Sequence record: NC_019929.1
DNA: 64,000 nt
Reading direction: 5' to 3' (one strand)
Below are positions 56,029 through 63,895 of the stretch, one piece after another (positions within the stretch are counted from its first letter, which is position 1; each line of letters begins with the position of its first letter). The position numbers were made by a program, and so were the translations under genes. Below the pieces are notes generated by a model. It searched no databases and was not told the origin of the DNA. It worked only from the letters and a program-made list of their open reading frames with translations.

Positions 56029-57012
56029 ATGGCACTTAAACTTCTCTGGAAGAATCCCAATACCGTTGCAACCACGATTGACATTTACCGCGGTGACACG
56101 TCGAACGTTAGCTTAACCACGCCACTGAAAACCGTGGATGGTGCGGAGACGTCGTGGATTGACACCACGGCATTGTTTGGGAAAACGTACTATTACGTCT
56201 GGGCAGTAAACTCGGCAGTTGACCGGGTCGTGTCTCGTCCGCAGAAAATCGAAGTCTCTGACCGTCGTGGGCCAGGGTCGAACTTGTTGCGTCACGGTGA
56301 TGAGAACTACGGTTACTACGGTGCGGTGTCAGCGGCGGACTTCGTTAACAGCACCACGCTGTATAACGCAGCGAAAAACACCTCCGGTTTACCGACTACC
56401 GTTATCTACCCGACGTGGCACAAATTTGCCCGTAAAGGGAAAGTCGTCTTTGTGCCCAACCAGTGGTTCGGGGATGTTACCTGGCAGAGTCTGTATGACG
56501 CGGGTCTGGTCTACGGGACAGATGATGTTGGCGGAGCCAATCCGGCAGGCACCGTTAACCAGTTGACCACTTTTGATTTCAACGGTGAAACGTTCCTGAT
56601 TCGTTTGATGAAAGGAATGCCAGAGGGTCTCGTGTGGGACGGGTCAAACTTTAACCCGAATACCTTCGCCCCGATGAAAGACGTCTACGCCGAATACGAG
56701 GACTTCCTCTACCCGTTGTGTAAAGACGCGCCGTTACGCCAAAGAATGGTCTCGGTTGATACACTCGACGGCAGGGCCTGGATACCAGGGGCAGCCTACA
56801 ACAACCGTGTCAACTATGGGGTGATTTGTCAGGAAGCCCTGGCCAACGTGTTGGTACGTGGTACGCCGAACTACAACAACGACCCGTCAACACGCAGTTC
56901 CATGGAATCCACGATTGCCCGCAGTCGTACCGCCGGGACACCGTGGGTACCGGTTGTCGAATACGTGGGTCGTGTAGGTGAGACCTTTACCCTGCCGAAG
57001 ACGGCCAAGTAA
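56029..57012 (+). CDS. Triplet module 3, gene B
   Basis: LLWKNPN, RGPG..HGD, WHKF, WVPVVEY. Confidence 0.8.
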   Translation: MALKLLWKNPNTVATTIDIYRGDTSNVSLTTPLKTVDGAETSWIDTTALFGKTYYYVWAVNSAVDRVVSRPQKIEVSDRRGPGSNLLRHGDENYGYYGAVSAADFVNSTTLYNAAKNTSGLPTTVIYPTWHKFARKGKVVFVPNQWFGDVTWQSLYDAGLVYGTDDVGGANPAGTVNQLTTFDFNGETFLIRLMKGMPEGLVWDGSNFNPNTFAPMKDVYAEYEDFLYPLCKDAPLRQRMVSVDTLDGRAWIPGAAYNNRVNYGVICQEALANVLVRGTPNYNNDPSTRSSMESTIARSRTAGTPWVPVVEYVGRVGETFTLPKTAK

Positions 57013-57022
57013 GGAGTAGAAC

Positions 57023-57919
57023 GTGGGTATTAAAATTAACTGGGACGACCAGACTGACCAGGCACTGGATGCAGTAGAAGTGTATCGGAGCACCTCACCT
57101 ATTGATGAGAATGCACCTGGAACCCCTATTGCGACTTTACCGGGCACGGCACGAGAGTACGAAGACACCGGCGTGAAGAACGGTAACACGTACTACTACC
57201 GTGTGGCAGTGGTGAAAGGCGCTAATCGCTCTTTCGGTACTCAACAGACCGCAGGGTACTACTCTAACCTCGGGCCCGGTCCGAAGAAGATTCTGCGGGG
57301 CGATTGGATAGCTGGGTATTTCGGTGAGATGCTGAATGCAGACTGGGTGTTGCCGTTGGATGTGGCGAACAAAATTACCGCAGCCCTGAAATCCACCGTT
57401 GGGATTAACTACATCACCTCGTCTGACCGTTGGCACAAGTTTATCTATAAAGGTAAAGTGTTGTTCGTGCCATCTACCCGACTGATGTACTCGACGTATG
57501 CAAACGCGTACAACGCCGGGTTCTTGTTCGGTGAAGACGGCGTTGGCCAACTGCCGACGGGGCCTGCGGGGAACGTTAATCAGAAAACGGTTATCGAGAT
57601 TGGTGGGTATCAGTTCCTGGTACGCCCTATCCGCATGTCGGACAAACCAACTTCGCAGTACCTGACCGCACAAGCGGACTTTGTGGAAAGCGAATGGAAG
57701 AAGACGTTTGCCCGTTTGCGTATCGATGCGAACGCACAAACCGACCCAACCATCTTTGCCCGGTTCAGCGACTACACCACCATCGACTGGTGCGGCGGCC
57801 CACACCAGGCAAGCGCAACGACGTGTGCAACTGCGGTTAACGGCAACCCGGAGAATCTCGGTACCACGGCGAACACCAGTAACATCAACTGGTGTATTGC
57901 ATTGGAATTGATTCCGTAA
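57023..57919 (+). CDS. Triplet module 3, gene C
   Basis: INWDDQ, GPGP..RGDW..GYFG, WCIALELIP; GTG start after AAGGAG. Confidence 0.8.
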   Translation: MGIKINWDDQTDQALDAVEVYRSTSPIDENAPGTPIATLPGTAREYEDTGVKNGNTYYYRVAVVKGANRSFGTQQTAGYYSNLGPGPKKILRGDWIAGYFGEMLNADWVLPLDVANKITAALKSTVGINYITSSDRWHKFIYKGKVLFVPSTRLMYSTYANAYNAGFLFGEDGVGQLPTGPAGNVNQKTVIEIGGYQFLVRPIRMSDKPTSQYLTAQADFVESEWKKTFARLRIDANAQTDPTIFARFSDYTTIDWCGGPHQASATTCATAVNGNPENLGTTANTSNINWCIALELIP

Positions 57920-57923
57920 GCCT

Positions 57924-57961
57924 TACCCTCTCGCCTTCGGGTGGGAGGGTATTTCTTTTTT
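57924..57961 (+). terminator. Intrinsic terminator
   Basis: TACCCTCTCGCC-TTCG-GGTGGGAGGGTA plus T-tract. Confidence 0.9.
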
Positions 57962-58008
57962 ACGCGTATGGTATGAACCATTGTTGTTAATGCTATAAGG
58001 AGGCCATT

Positions 58009-58608
58009 GTGGCTGCTGTTGCTCGTTTTAGTAAAGAAGGTATCATCCGTGCGAAGACTGCGATTGAAGCAGGCTACGTGAACAATCCCAACGACCTGGG
58101 CGGGGAAACCAACCACGGGATTACCATTGCAACTGCGCGTGAATTTGGCTATACCGGAAACATGCGTGACCTGACTGTTGAACAAGCGTTGGTCATCTAC
58201 GACAAAGGTTGGTGGCAGCGTATGCGCCTTGACCAGATTCTGGCCATGAACGTAATGCTGGCTGACCGCCTGTTCGACTTCGGTATTAACGCCGGTCGTG
58301 CAAACGCCATCAAATCCTTGCAGCGTGTGCTGAACGTGTTAAACCGTCAAGGTAAACTGTACAGCGACATTGATGCGGATGGTGGTATCGGGACGTTGAC
58401 TCTGACGGCACTGGCAGGCTTTATCAAAGCCCGTGGTGCAGAGGGTCTGAACCGTCTGATGTTTGCCCTGACCTGTCACCAGGTGGCGTACTACACGGAA
58501 ATCAGTGAGAAGCGTGTACAGAACGAAGAGTTCACGTACGGCTGGTACGACCGTGTGTACAAAGAGATGCCGGACTACGTTGTCCAGCTGGGAATGTGCT
58601 CAAAATGA
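58009..58608 (+). CDS. Endolysin: glycoside hydrolase family 108 lysozyme with peptidoglycan-binding domain
   Basis: EAGYVNNPNDLGGETNHGIT (EGGYxNxPxDxGGxTNxGIT), FDFGINAG, LQRVLN, ADGGIG..TL, FTYGWYDRV. Confidence 0.9.
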   Translation: MAAVARFSKEGIIRAKTAIEAGYVNNPNDLGGETNHGITIATAREFGYTGNMRDLTVEQALVIYDKGWWQRMRLDQILAMNVMLADRLFDFGINAGRANAIKSLQRVLNVLNRQGKLYSDIDADGGIGTLTLTALAGFIKARGAEGLNRLMFALTCHQVAYYTEISEKRVQNEEFTYGWYDRVYKEMPDYVVQLGMCSK

Positions 58609-58712
58609 AATCCAACTGGTTCATCACGTTAATGCGTGCGGTCGGACGTGCTCTGTTAGCGGCAATGCGGAGAAAACGTCATGACAAACCCGAAAGCGGA
58701 TTCAAAGCCTGA
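58605..58712 (+). CDS. 35-aa cationic amphipathic peptide (absent from ORF track)
   Basis: MKSNWFITLMRAVGRALLAAMRRKRHDKPESGFKA; ATGA overlap with endolysin stop. Confidence 0.5.
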   Translation: MKSNWFITLMRAVGRALLAAMRRKRHDKPESGFKA

Positions 58713-58767
58713 CGCAGGCTTCTTCAAACTGTTACGGGCCATCTTTCTGCGAAGAGTGGTCGAGTAG
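58681..58767 (+). CDS. 28-aa cationic amphipathic peptide (absent from ORF track)
   Basis: MTNPKADSKPDAGFFKLLRAIFLRRVVE; GGAG SD 8 nt upstream; stop 8 nt before next start. Confidence 0.5.
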   Translation: MTNPKADSKPDAGFFKLLRAIFLRRVVE

Positions 58768-58775
58768 GCACACCC

Positions 58776-59417
58776 ATGGAAAAGCTCAACTATAAGCTGT
58801 TAGAGAAGCCGTGGTTCGTTCTCACGGAAGATTTCCACTTCGTCTTTACCTTACGGTCGCTTTACCGTGAAGTCGGTGGAATGGATGAGATGGTGAAATT
58901 GTCAGGCGTGTTGCCCGACAAAGAACTGTTTGTGACTGCACCCAAAGGTTTCGTAACCGACATGGCCAGTATCCCTGAACCGCTCCAACCTATCCTGCAT
59001 CCGGATGGGCCGTGGGCGGCAGCAGCCTGTGTCCATGACCTGTTCTACCAGAAGTGTTCCAGCGTGGGGGTTTATCCAACCGGTGATGCGGGCGATCTCT
59101 CTCGTGCGGTGGATAAACGGTTCGCGGACATTATGTTCCTGCGGATTATGGAAGCGCTCGGGGTTGACCCGTTTATTCGCAAGTCGTTTTACGAAGCGGT
59201 TCACCAGTTTGGTTGGCCGTCATACGTGGACAACAACGCGAAAGTTCAATACAGCCACCCGGTGGAGAAAACCCTGACGTATAATCGCAACTACCTGTTC
59301 ATTCGTGAGCAGTGTGAAGTGGCGATTCCGGAACACGAGCGGGTAGACCTCACCACAGGACATTCCGTCAATGTGAAGTATTTGAACATTAAACGGGCTT
59401 TCCTGAGCCTCGATTAA
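58776..59417 (+). CDS. DUF1353-family protein
   Basis: PKGFVTDMASIP, GPWAAAACVHDLFY, ADIMFLRIM. Confidence 0.75.
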   Translation: MEKLNYKLLEKPWFVLTEDFHFVFTLRSLYREVGGMDEMVKLSGVLPDKELFVTAPKGFVTDMASIPEPLQPILHPDGPWAAAACVHDLFYQKCSSVGVYPTGDAGDLSRAVDKRFADIMFLRIMEALGVDPFIRKSFYEAVHQFGWPSYVDNNAKVQYSHPVEKTLTYNRNYLFIREQCEVAIPEHERVDLTTGHSVNVKYLNIKRAFLSLD

Positions 59418-59489
59418 TTCGTAAGGTCATTTATCGTCTTACGGATTAAAAGCGCTTAGAACGCTTCCTAGGCGCTTGTAGGGGGCAAA

Positions 59490-59540
59490 TAAAGAAAGAA
59501 TTACCCACTCCTTTGCGGGAGTGGGTAATCTCTTTTATTT
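59490..59540. terminator. Bidirectional intrinsic terminator
   Basis: A-rich flank, TTACCCACTCC-TTTGCG-GGAGTGGGTAA, T-rich flank, between convergent genes. Confidence 0.85.
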
Positions 59541-60050
59541 CGCGTCGACTTTGTCTGTCGTTTCGCTTGGAGACGGGGTAATTAACACGGGTACCGATGG
59601 CTGGTCGAGGGGCCCGATGATACAACGGAAGAAGGTCATGCCGGAACCGCTGCCCGTCAGTGGGCTGACAGTTGAATAATCAAACGACGGTGAGCCTGTC
59701 AGTAATCCGTTGGTACGGTAAAAGCGTTTCCCCGACTTGGTATCGATGTTCCCGTCAATCTTACCGGTGGCATCTTTATACAACTGCGGTGCTTCTAACT
59801 TACCACCGTCCCAGGTCGCTACCCAATTCGCCCCTACATCCATAACCGTAACGGCACGAGGGAAAACAGCGATGCTGGAAGCAACGGGTCGGTAATCAAC
59901 AAATTCCGTCTCCACACCCGTACAGGTGTAGATGACCATATCGTGATTAGTGACAGGGACAGTGGAGAACTGTCCTTTATCATCTGCGTTCATGGCACAA
60001 CCTGAAAGCAACATGATAAACGCGAGCACGCACAACAAGTGCTTGGTCAT
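59535..60050 (-). CDS. Lipoprotein
   Basis: MTKHLLCVLAFIMLLSG/C lipobox; AGGA SD. Confidence 0.8.
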   Translation of the reverse strand: MTKHLLCVLAFIMLLSGCAMNADDKGQFSTVPVTNHDMVIYTCTGVETEFVDYRPVASSIAVFPRAVTVMDVGANWVATWDGGKLEAPQLYKDATGKIDGNIDTKSGKRFYRTNGLLTGSPSFDYSTVSPLTGSGSGMTFFRCIIGPLDQPSVPVLITPSPSETTDKVDAK

Positions 60051-60184
60051 GATGAGGTTCCTGTTCGGTGAAGGTTAGTTTTATTCCAGACGAGATTAAC
60101 AATCGTCATATAAACCTAATAATAGCGTGAATTTTTATTGCTTTTTATATGCACCCCAACAGCCTGTTGTAAGAGGAACTACCC

Positions 60185-60709
60185 ATGGCAAAAACAGCAC
60201 GAGCGCAATTTATTGCGATGTTCAACGCGGATAACACTGGTCTGGCGCAAGCACTGGTCGAAGCAGATGTTACCTTTGGCGCAGTGGCCGAATATGACCC
60301 TGCCGATGAGGCCGATACCCGCAACTCCAAAGTGACGCTGACTGCCGTTGCAGAAAGCACGCACTTTACCGGGGAAAAGGAATTCCACTTCACCCGTCTG
60401 GCTGCAAACATCGTTGGTGCGAAAGCAGTTACCGATGACCAGGCCGACTGGGACACCGATGCCGAAGTCCTGGCATTCCTGAATGCTGACGTTATCTCCG
60501 CTGGTAAAGCGGATGATGCGTTTGCACTCAGCGAGCTGGACATTGTTCGTACCGATGGTGCGGATGATGCGAAAGTGATTACCGTCACTATCAAAGCCGG
60601 TCACCTGAAGTTCCTGCCAGGCGATGTGGCAGTCTACACCATTACGCAAGAGATCACTAAAACTGACCTCTCTACCACAAATGGTGAGCTCAACGGTTTC
60701 ACAGCTTAA
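60185..60709 (+). CDS. Short virion paralogue: anchor domain + NGELNGF tail (probably abundant)
   Basis: FIAMFNADN, RNSKV, FHFTRL, DLSTTNGELNGF; strong codon bias. Confidence 0.8.
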   Translation: MAKTARAQFIAMFNADNTGLAQALVEADVTFGAVAEYDPADEADTRNSKVTLTAVAESTHFTGEKEFHFTRLAANIVGAKAVTDDQADWDTDAEVLAFLNADVISAGKADDAFALSELDIVRTDGADDAKVITVTIKAGHLKFLPGDVAVYTITQEITKTDLSTTNGELNGFTA

Positions 60710-60732
60710 TAAGCTACTAAAACCGCTATTCA

Positions 60733-60766
60733 CGGGAGACCATTAGGTCTCCCGCTTTTTATTTTG
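60733..60766 (+). terminator. Intrinsic terminator
   Basis: CGGGAGACC-ATTA-GGTCTCCCG plus T-tract. Confidence 0.85.
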
Positions 60767-60791
60767 TTTACTTTAACGGAGTGAAGTAAGT

Positions 60792-61298
60792 ATGGCTAAG
60801 TCGTTGCAAGAACTGTTTGTCGATATGATCAACGAAGTCAATCCAGATTTAGGGTTAACGCTCAGTGACGTCACATTCGGTGCGCCTTCCGAATACACCC
60901 CTGCGGATTCAGGGGACACCCGTAATACCGTGTTGACCTTAGTGGCAAAAGATGACAGCCCGAATTTCAAGGGCAGTAAAGATTACCACTTCTTCCGCTT
61001 CAATTTCACTAACCCTGGCGGTGTCACTACCCCAACATTAACCACCGGGGATTTGATTGGGAACTGGCAGGACGATGCAAAGGTCTTGATGGTCATGAAC
61101 ATGATGCTGCCGAATTACAAACTGACAGCAGAAGAGATTGGCATCGAACGCGTGACCGTGGATGCCACCACGTTAGATGTACGCATCACCATCGACCCGA
61201 ATCATTTAAAGTGGCACGGGACATTTGTGACACGCGTAATCGACGAAGGGAAAACCAACCTGCAATGGTTGAATCCCGAGTTGAGCGGGTTCAAATAA
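60792..61298 (+). CDS. Short virion paralogue: anchor domain + NPELSGF tail
   Basis: FVDMINEVN, DVTFGAP, RNTV, YHFFRF, NLQWLNPELSGFK. Confidence 0.8.
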   Translation: MAKSLQELFVDMINEVNPDLGLTLSDVTFGAPSEYTPADSGDTRNTVLTLVAKDDSPNFKGSKDYHFFRFNFTNPGGVTTPTLTTGDLIGNWQDDAKVLMVMNMMLPNYKLTAEEIGIERVTVDATTLDVRITIDPNHLKWHGTFVTRVIDEGKTNLQWLNPELSGFK

Positions 61299-61348
61299 AA
61301 AGAAAGCGACCTACTACCTTTACGGGTAGTAGGTCTGCTTATTTTATT
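61297..61348. terminator. Bidirectional intrinsic terminator
   Basis: A-tract, GACCTACTACC-TTTACG-GGTAGTAGGTC, T-rich tail. Confidence 0.85.
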
Positions 61349-61351
61349 CGC

Positions 61352-62020
61352 TTACAACAAGCCTTCTTCGGTCGCCACGGATTTGATACCCGTGAAGTCC
61401 TGTGCTTCAGCCAGTGTACGAATCGTACGCTTGAGTTCCGTCATCGCTGCGTGCAGCTGCGCATCACGTTCCACGATGGCTGCCAGCACCGCTTTACACG
61501 CTGCAACGTCGAACGGATGTTCTTCACTGCCTAAGCGGTTGTTCTGCGCATCCAGCCAATACCCCGGTGAGGTATCGGATTGAACGTACGAGGCCAGCGA
61601 CGCACGAGACTTCTCATCGGCTTGCAGCAGGATGCCCTGGAATTCGATGTTCTCGTGACGCTGAGTTTCGTAGCGTTCCGCGATACGGGTATAGATAGGC
61701 TGAATCTCTTGGTAGAGATAGTTTACCGTCGAGGTCAAGCCTTTGCGGATTTCGTCCAGCGGCAGCTCTAACACGGTTTCGATAAACTCTTTCGCCTTAC
61801 GCAGCGTGAACTGGGCTTCCGGTTCACTGAGGTCGTACTCACGCAGCTTTTTGACAGCCGCTTTATCCGATACCCCGTTCAACAGATGATAATGCAGCAG
61901 GGTACAGTACCCCTGCTTGGTCTCATCGTCTTTCGCCAGAATGGTCATGTAATTACCGTGGCGGTCAATCGGGTTACCGAATTCGAAGTAACGGGCCTTT
62001 ATCTCGTCATTACTAAGCAT
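61352..62020 (-). CDS. DUF4376-like domain protein (tail-fibre-assembly-associated)
   Basis: FQGILLQADEKSRASL...YWLDAQN...F...C..VL.AI..R...LHA in the C-terminal half. Confidence 0.6.
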   Translation of the reverse strand: MLSNDEIKARYFEFGNPIDRHGNYMTILAKDDETKQGYCTLLHYHLLNGVSDKAAVKKLREYDLSEPEAQFTLRKAKEFIETVLELPLDEIRKGLTSTVNYLYQEIQPIYTRIAERYETQRHENIEFQGILLQADEKSRASLASYVQSDTSPGYWLDAQNNRLGSEEHPFDVAACKAVLAAIVERDAQLHAAMTELKRTIRTLAEAQDFTGIKSVATEEGLL

Positions 62021-62589
62021 TCAGATTCTCCTGCTAACCCGAGGTCCATCAGCAGGCCGAAGTCAACCATCTGGAAGTGTTCGGATAATTCCTCACCCCA
62101 GATAAATTTCATCTTCTCTGCTAAGTCCCCGTTCTGTTCCTGGAAGATAAAGATTTGGTGCATTTCCTCACCAAACGAGTCGAACTGATGGTTAGAACGC
62201 AGCGCGCGTACGCGCACACCGATCAAATCCGCAGCTTCCGGATTCTCCGGGTCGGCCCAGTTTAATGCCAGGCCAATCAGGTTATCGGTATCCAGGTTCT
62301 GCGTAGAGCGACGCAGGATTTCGATTTTGTGGCGCGGGAATTCCGCAACACGCTGTTCGAAGCCCGGATTACGGATGGCCACCTGCTCCACAGAGTTGTG
62401 TGTTTTCTCAACCCCGTCCAGCGGCAGAATGACGTTCAGTCCGAAGCGCACACACAGACGACGAATCTCATCAGTAAACGTGTCCGGTTCCACAATCGCG
62501 TGGATGTTGTACATGCCGTGCTTTTGCATAAACGCGGCAACAAGGTGAAGATTACGCTTCGTAAAATTGTGTATCAGCAACGACTTCAT
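61999..62589 (-). CDS. Hypothetical protein in radical SAM operon
   Basis: 196 aa, overlaps both neighbours (22 and 38 nt). Confidence 0.7.
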   Translation of the reverse strand: MKSLLIHNFTKRNLHLVAAFMQKHGMYNIHAIVEPDTFTDEIRRLCVRFGLNVILPLDGVEKTHNSVEQVAIRNPGFEQRVAEFPRHKIEILRRSTQNLDTDNLIGLALNWADPENPEAADLIGVRVRALRSNHQFDSFGEEMHQIFIFQEQNGDLAEKMKFIWGEELSEHFQMVDFGLLMDLGLAGESECLVMTR

Positions 62590-63895
62590 TCGCTGGTGCT
62601 CCTAATTGGTTTTTCTTCTCGGCTGCTAATTTGCGATCGCGCACACAAGACACACAGTAGCACTGGGTCTTATCGTTCAGATCGGTATAACGGGTAGTAC
62701 CGGTTTTCTGGTAGAAGTATTCTGCTACCAACAGTTTGGCGGTAGTCCAGCCACACTGACGACGCTCAGCGTGATACGCTTTACGGTCTTCCATTTCCCC
62801 GTCACCGTTCTCGTATGATGCCGCGGCACAACTACCACACGCGTGCTTCATCGGACAACCCAGGCACGTTTCTGGATAGTTGGTGTACTGCGTTTGAATT
62901 TCGTTCAACAGCTTATTGTCATCGATATTGACAATCTCACGGCCACGCAGTTCTGCGATAGCCTGACGTGTCGTTACCGTGGACATAAAGCGGTTACAGC
63001 CGTAAATCTTGCGGTCGAAGCCCAGGCAGGTCATGTGGGTTACGGTACCGCAGAACGGACGCACACGCTCCGGGTTCAGACGCGTTGCTTCGTCGTCCAG
63101 GAGCTTCTGACGCCAATCCGGGTCCCAGGTTGCCATGAAGTCCAGGCCATCCGGGAAGATGTGGGTCAGGCGGTTACGTGGGTCTTTCTCAAACCCTTTG
63201 TCGAACCAGTAGTCAATCACGTCCATCATCTGCAACGCAATCGACATTGCCATGGTGCGCGGCAGAATGTCTTCGTACGTGACGTTACCGGAAATGGTAC
63301 CGCCGCCGGTGACGTCCATCAGGTGCTTCATGGACTCGGCGTATTTCGGCAGGGTCTCAGAGGTAAAGGTGGCTTTGATACCCAGTTCCAGGATACCGAC
63401 CGATTTCAGGTAGTTGTAACCACGCATCGCTTTTTCGTACGACCCTTCACGGGTAGTCGTAAAGATACGATAACGGTCATGCACTTCCGGCAGACCATCG
63501 ATAGACACGCCGATGGACAGTTTGTCACGCCAGCGTTCGATAATCTCGCGGTTCAGCGGCTTGTCGAATAACGTGCCGTTCGTCGAGATGGAGAAGATAA
63601 CGTCACGGTTATCACGCTTCGCCAGTTCTTCGGCCGTTTCAAATACGGCTTTCAGAATCTTCGGCTGCATCATGGGTTCACCACCGATGATATCGATGAT
63701 AACTTCCACGTTCTTCAAATGACGGTCACGGTCGAAACACGCATGAATGAAGTCCACTGCATCATCGGCTTTATTGTTACGCGGGTATTTACGCTCGTAG
63801 CAATATTCACAGTCGAGGTTACAGGAGAGGTTGGTCACCACCTGATAGGTTTTGGTGATTTTGGGCTCTTGGGCCGGTGCTTTGGTATCACGCAT
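62552..63895 (-). CDS. Radical SAM enzyme with SPASM-type domain (peptide/protein maturase class)
   Basis: CNLDCEYC (CxxxCxxC), IGGEP, STNGTL, SIDG..EVHD.YR, CG...GCNRF, CLGCPMKHACGSC, C. Confidence 0.9.
   Translation of the reverse strand: MRDTKAPAQEPKITKTYQVVTNLSCNLDCEYCYERKYPRNNKADDAVDFIHACFDRDRHLKNVEVIIDIIGGEPMMQPKILKAVFETAEELAKRDNRDVIFSISTNGTLFDKPLNREIIERWRDKLSIGVSIDGLPEVHDRYRIFTTTREGSYEKAMRGYNYLKSVGILELGIKATFTSETLPKYAESMKHLMDVTGGGTISGNVTYEDILPRTMAMSIALQMMDVIDYWFDKGFEKDPRNRLTHIFPDGLDFMATWDPDWRQKLLDDEATRLNPERVRPFCGTVTHMTCLGFDRKIYGCNRFMSTVTTRQAIAELRGREIVNIDDNKLLNEIQTQYTNYPETCLGCPMKHACGSCAAASYENGDGEMEDRKAYHAERRQCGWTTAKLLVAEYFYQKTGTTRYTDLNDKTQCYCVSCVRDRKLAAEKKNQLGAPANEVVADTQFYEA

Noticed and set aside
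47766-57919. Diversity-generating retroelement
   Set aside because: No reverse transcriptase and no near-identical repeat pair differing only at adenines seen in the window
59535-60050. Possible o-spanin
   Set aside because: No adjacent or overlapping i-spanin, and it is on the opposite strand to the lysis genes
62843-63571. 242-aa plus-strand ORF
   Set aside because: Antisense to the radical SAM gene, which has clear motifs
31027-63895. Joint 7-deazaguanine DNA-modification pathway (QueC-like plus rSAM as QueE)
   Set aside because: The rSAM is a 447-aa SPASM type rather than the short QueE type, is 30 kb away, and other pathway genes are absent
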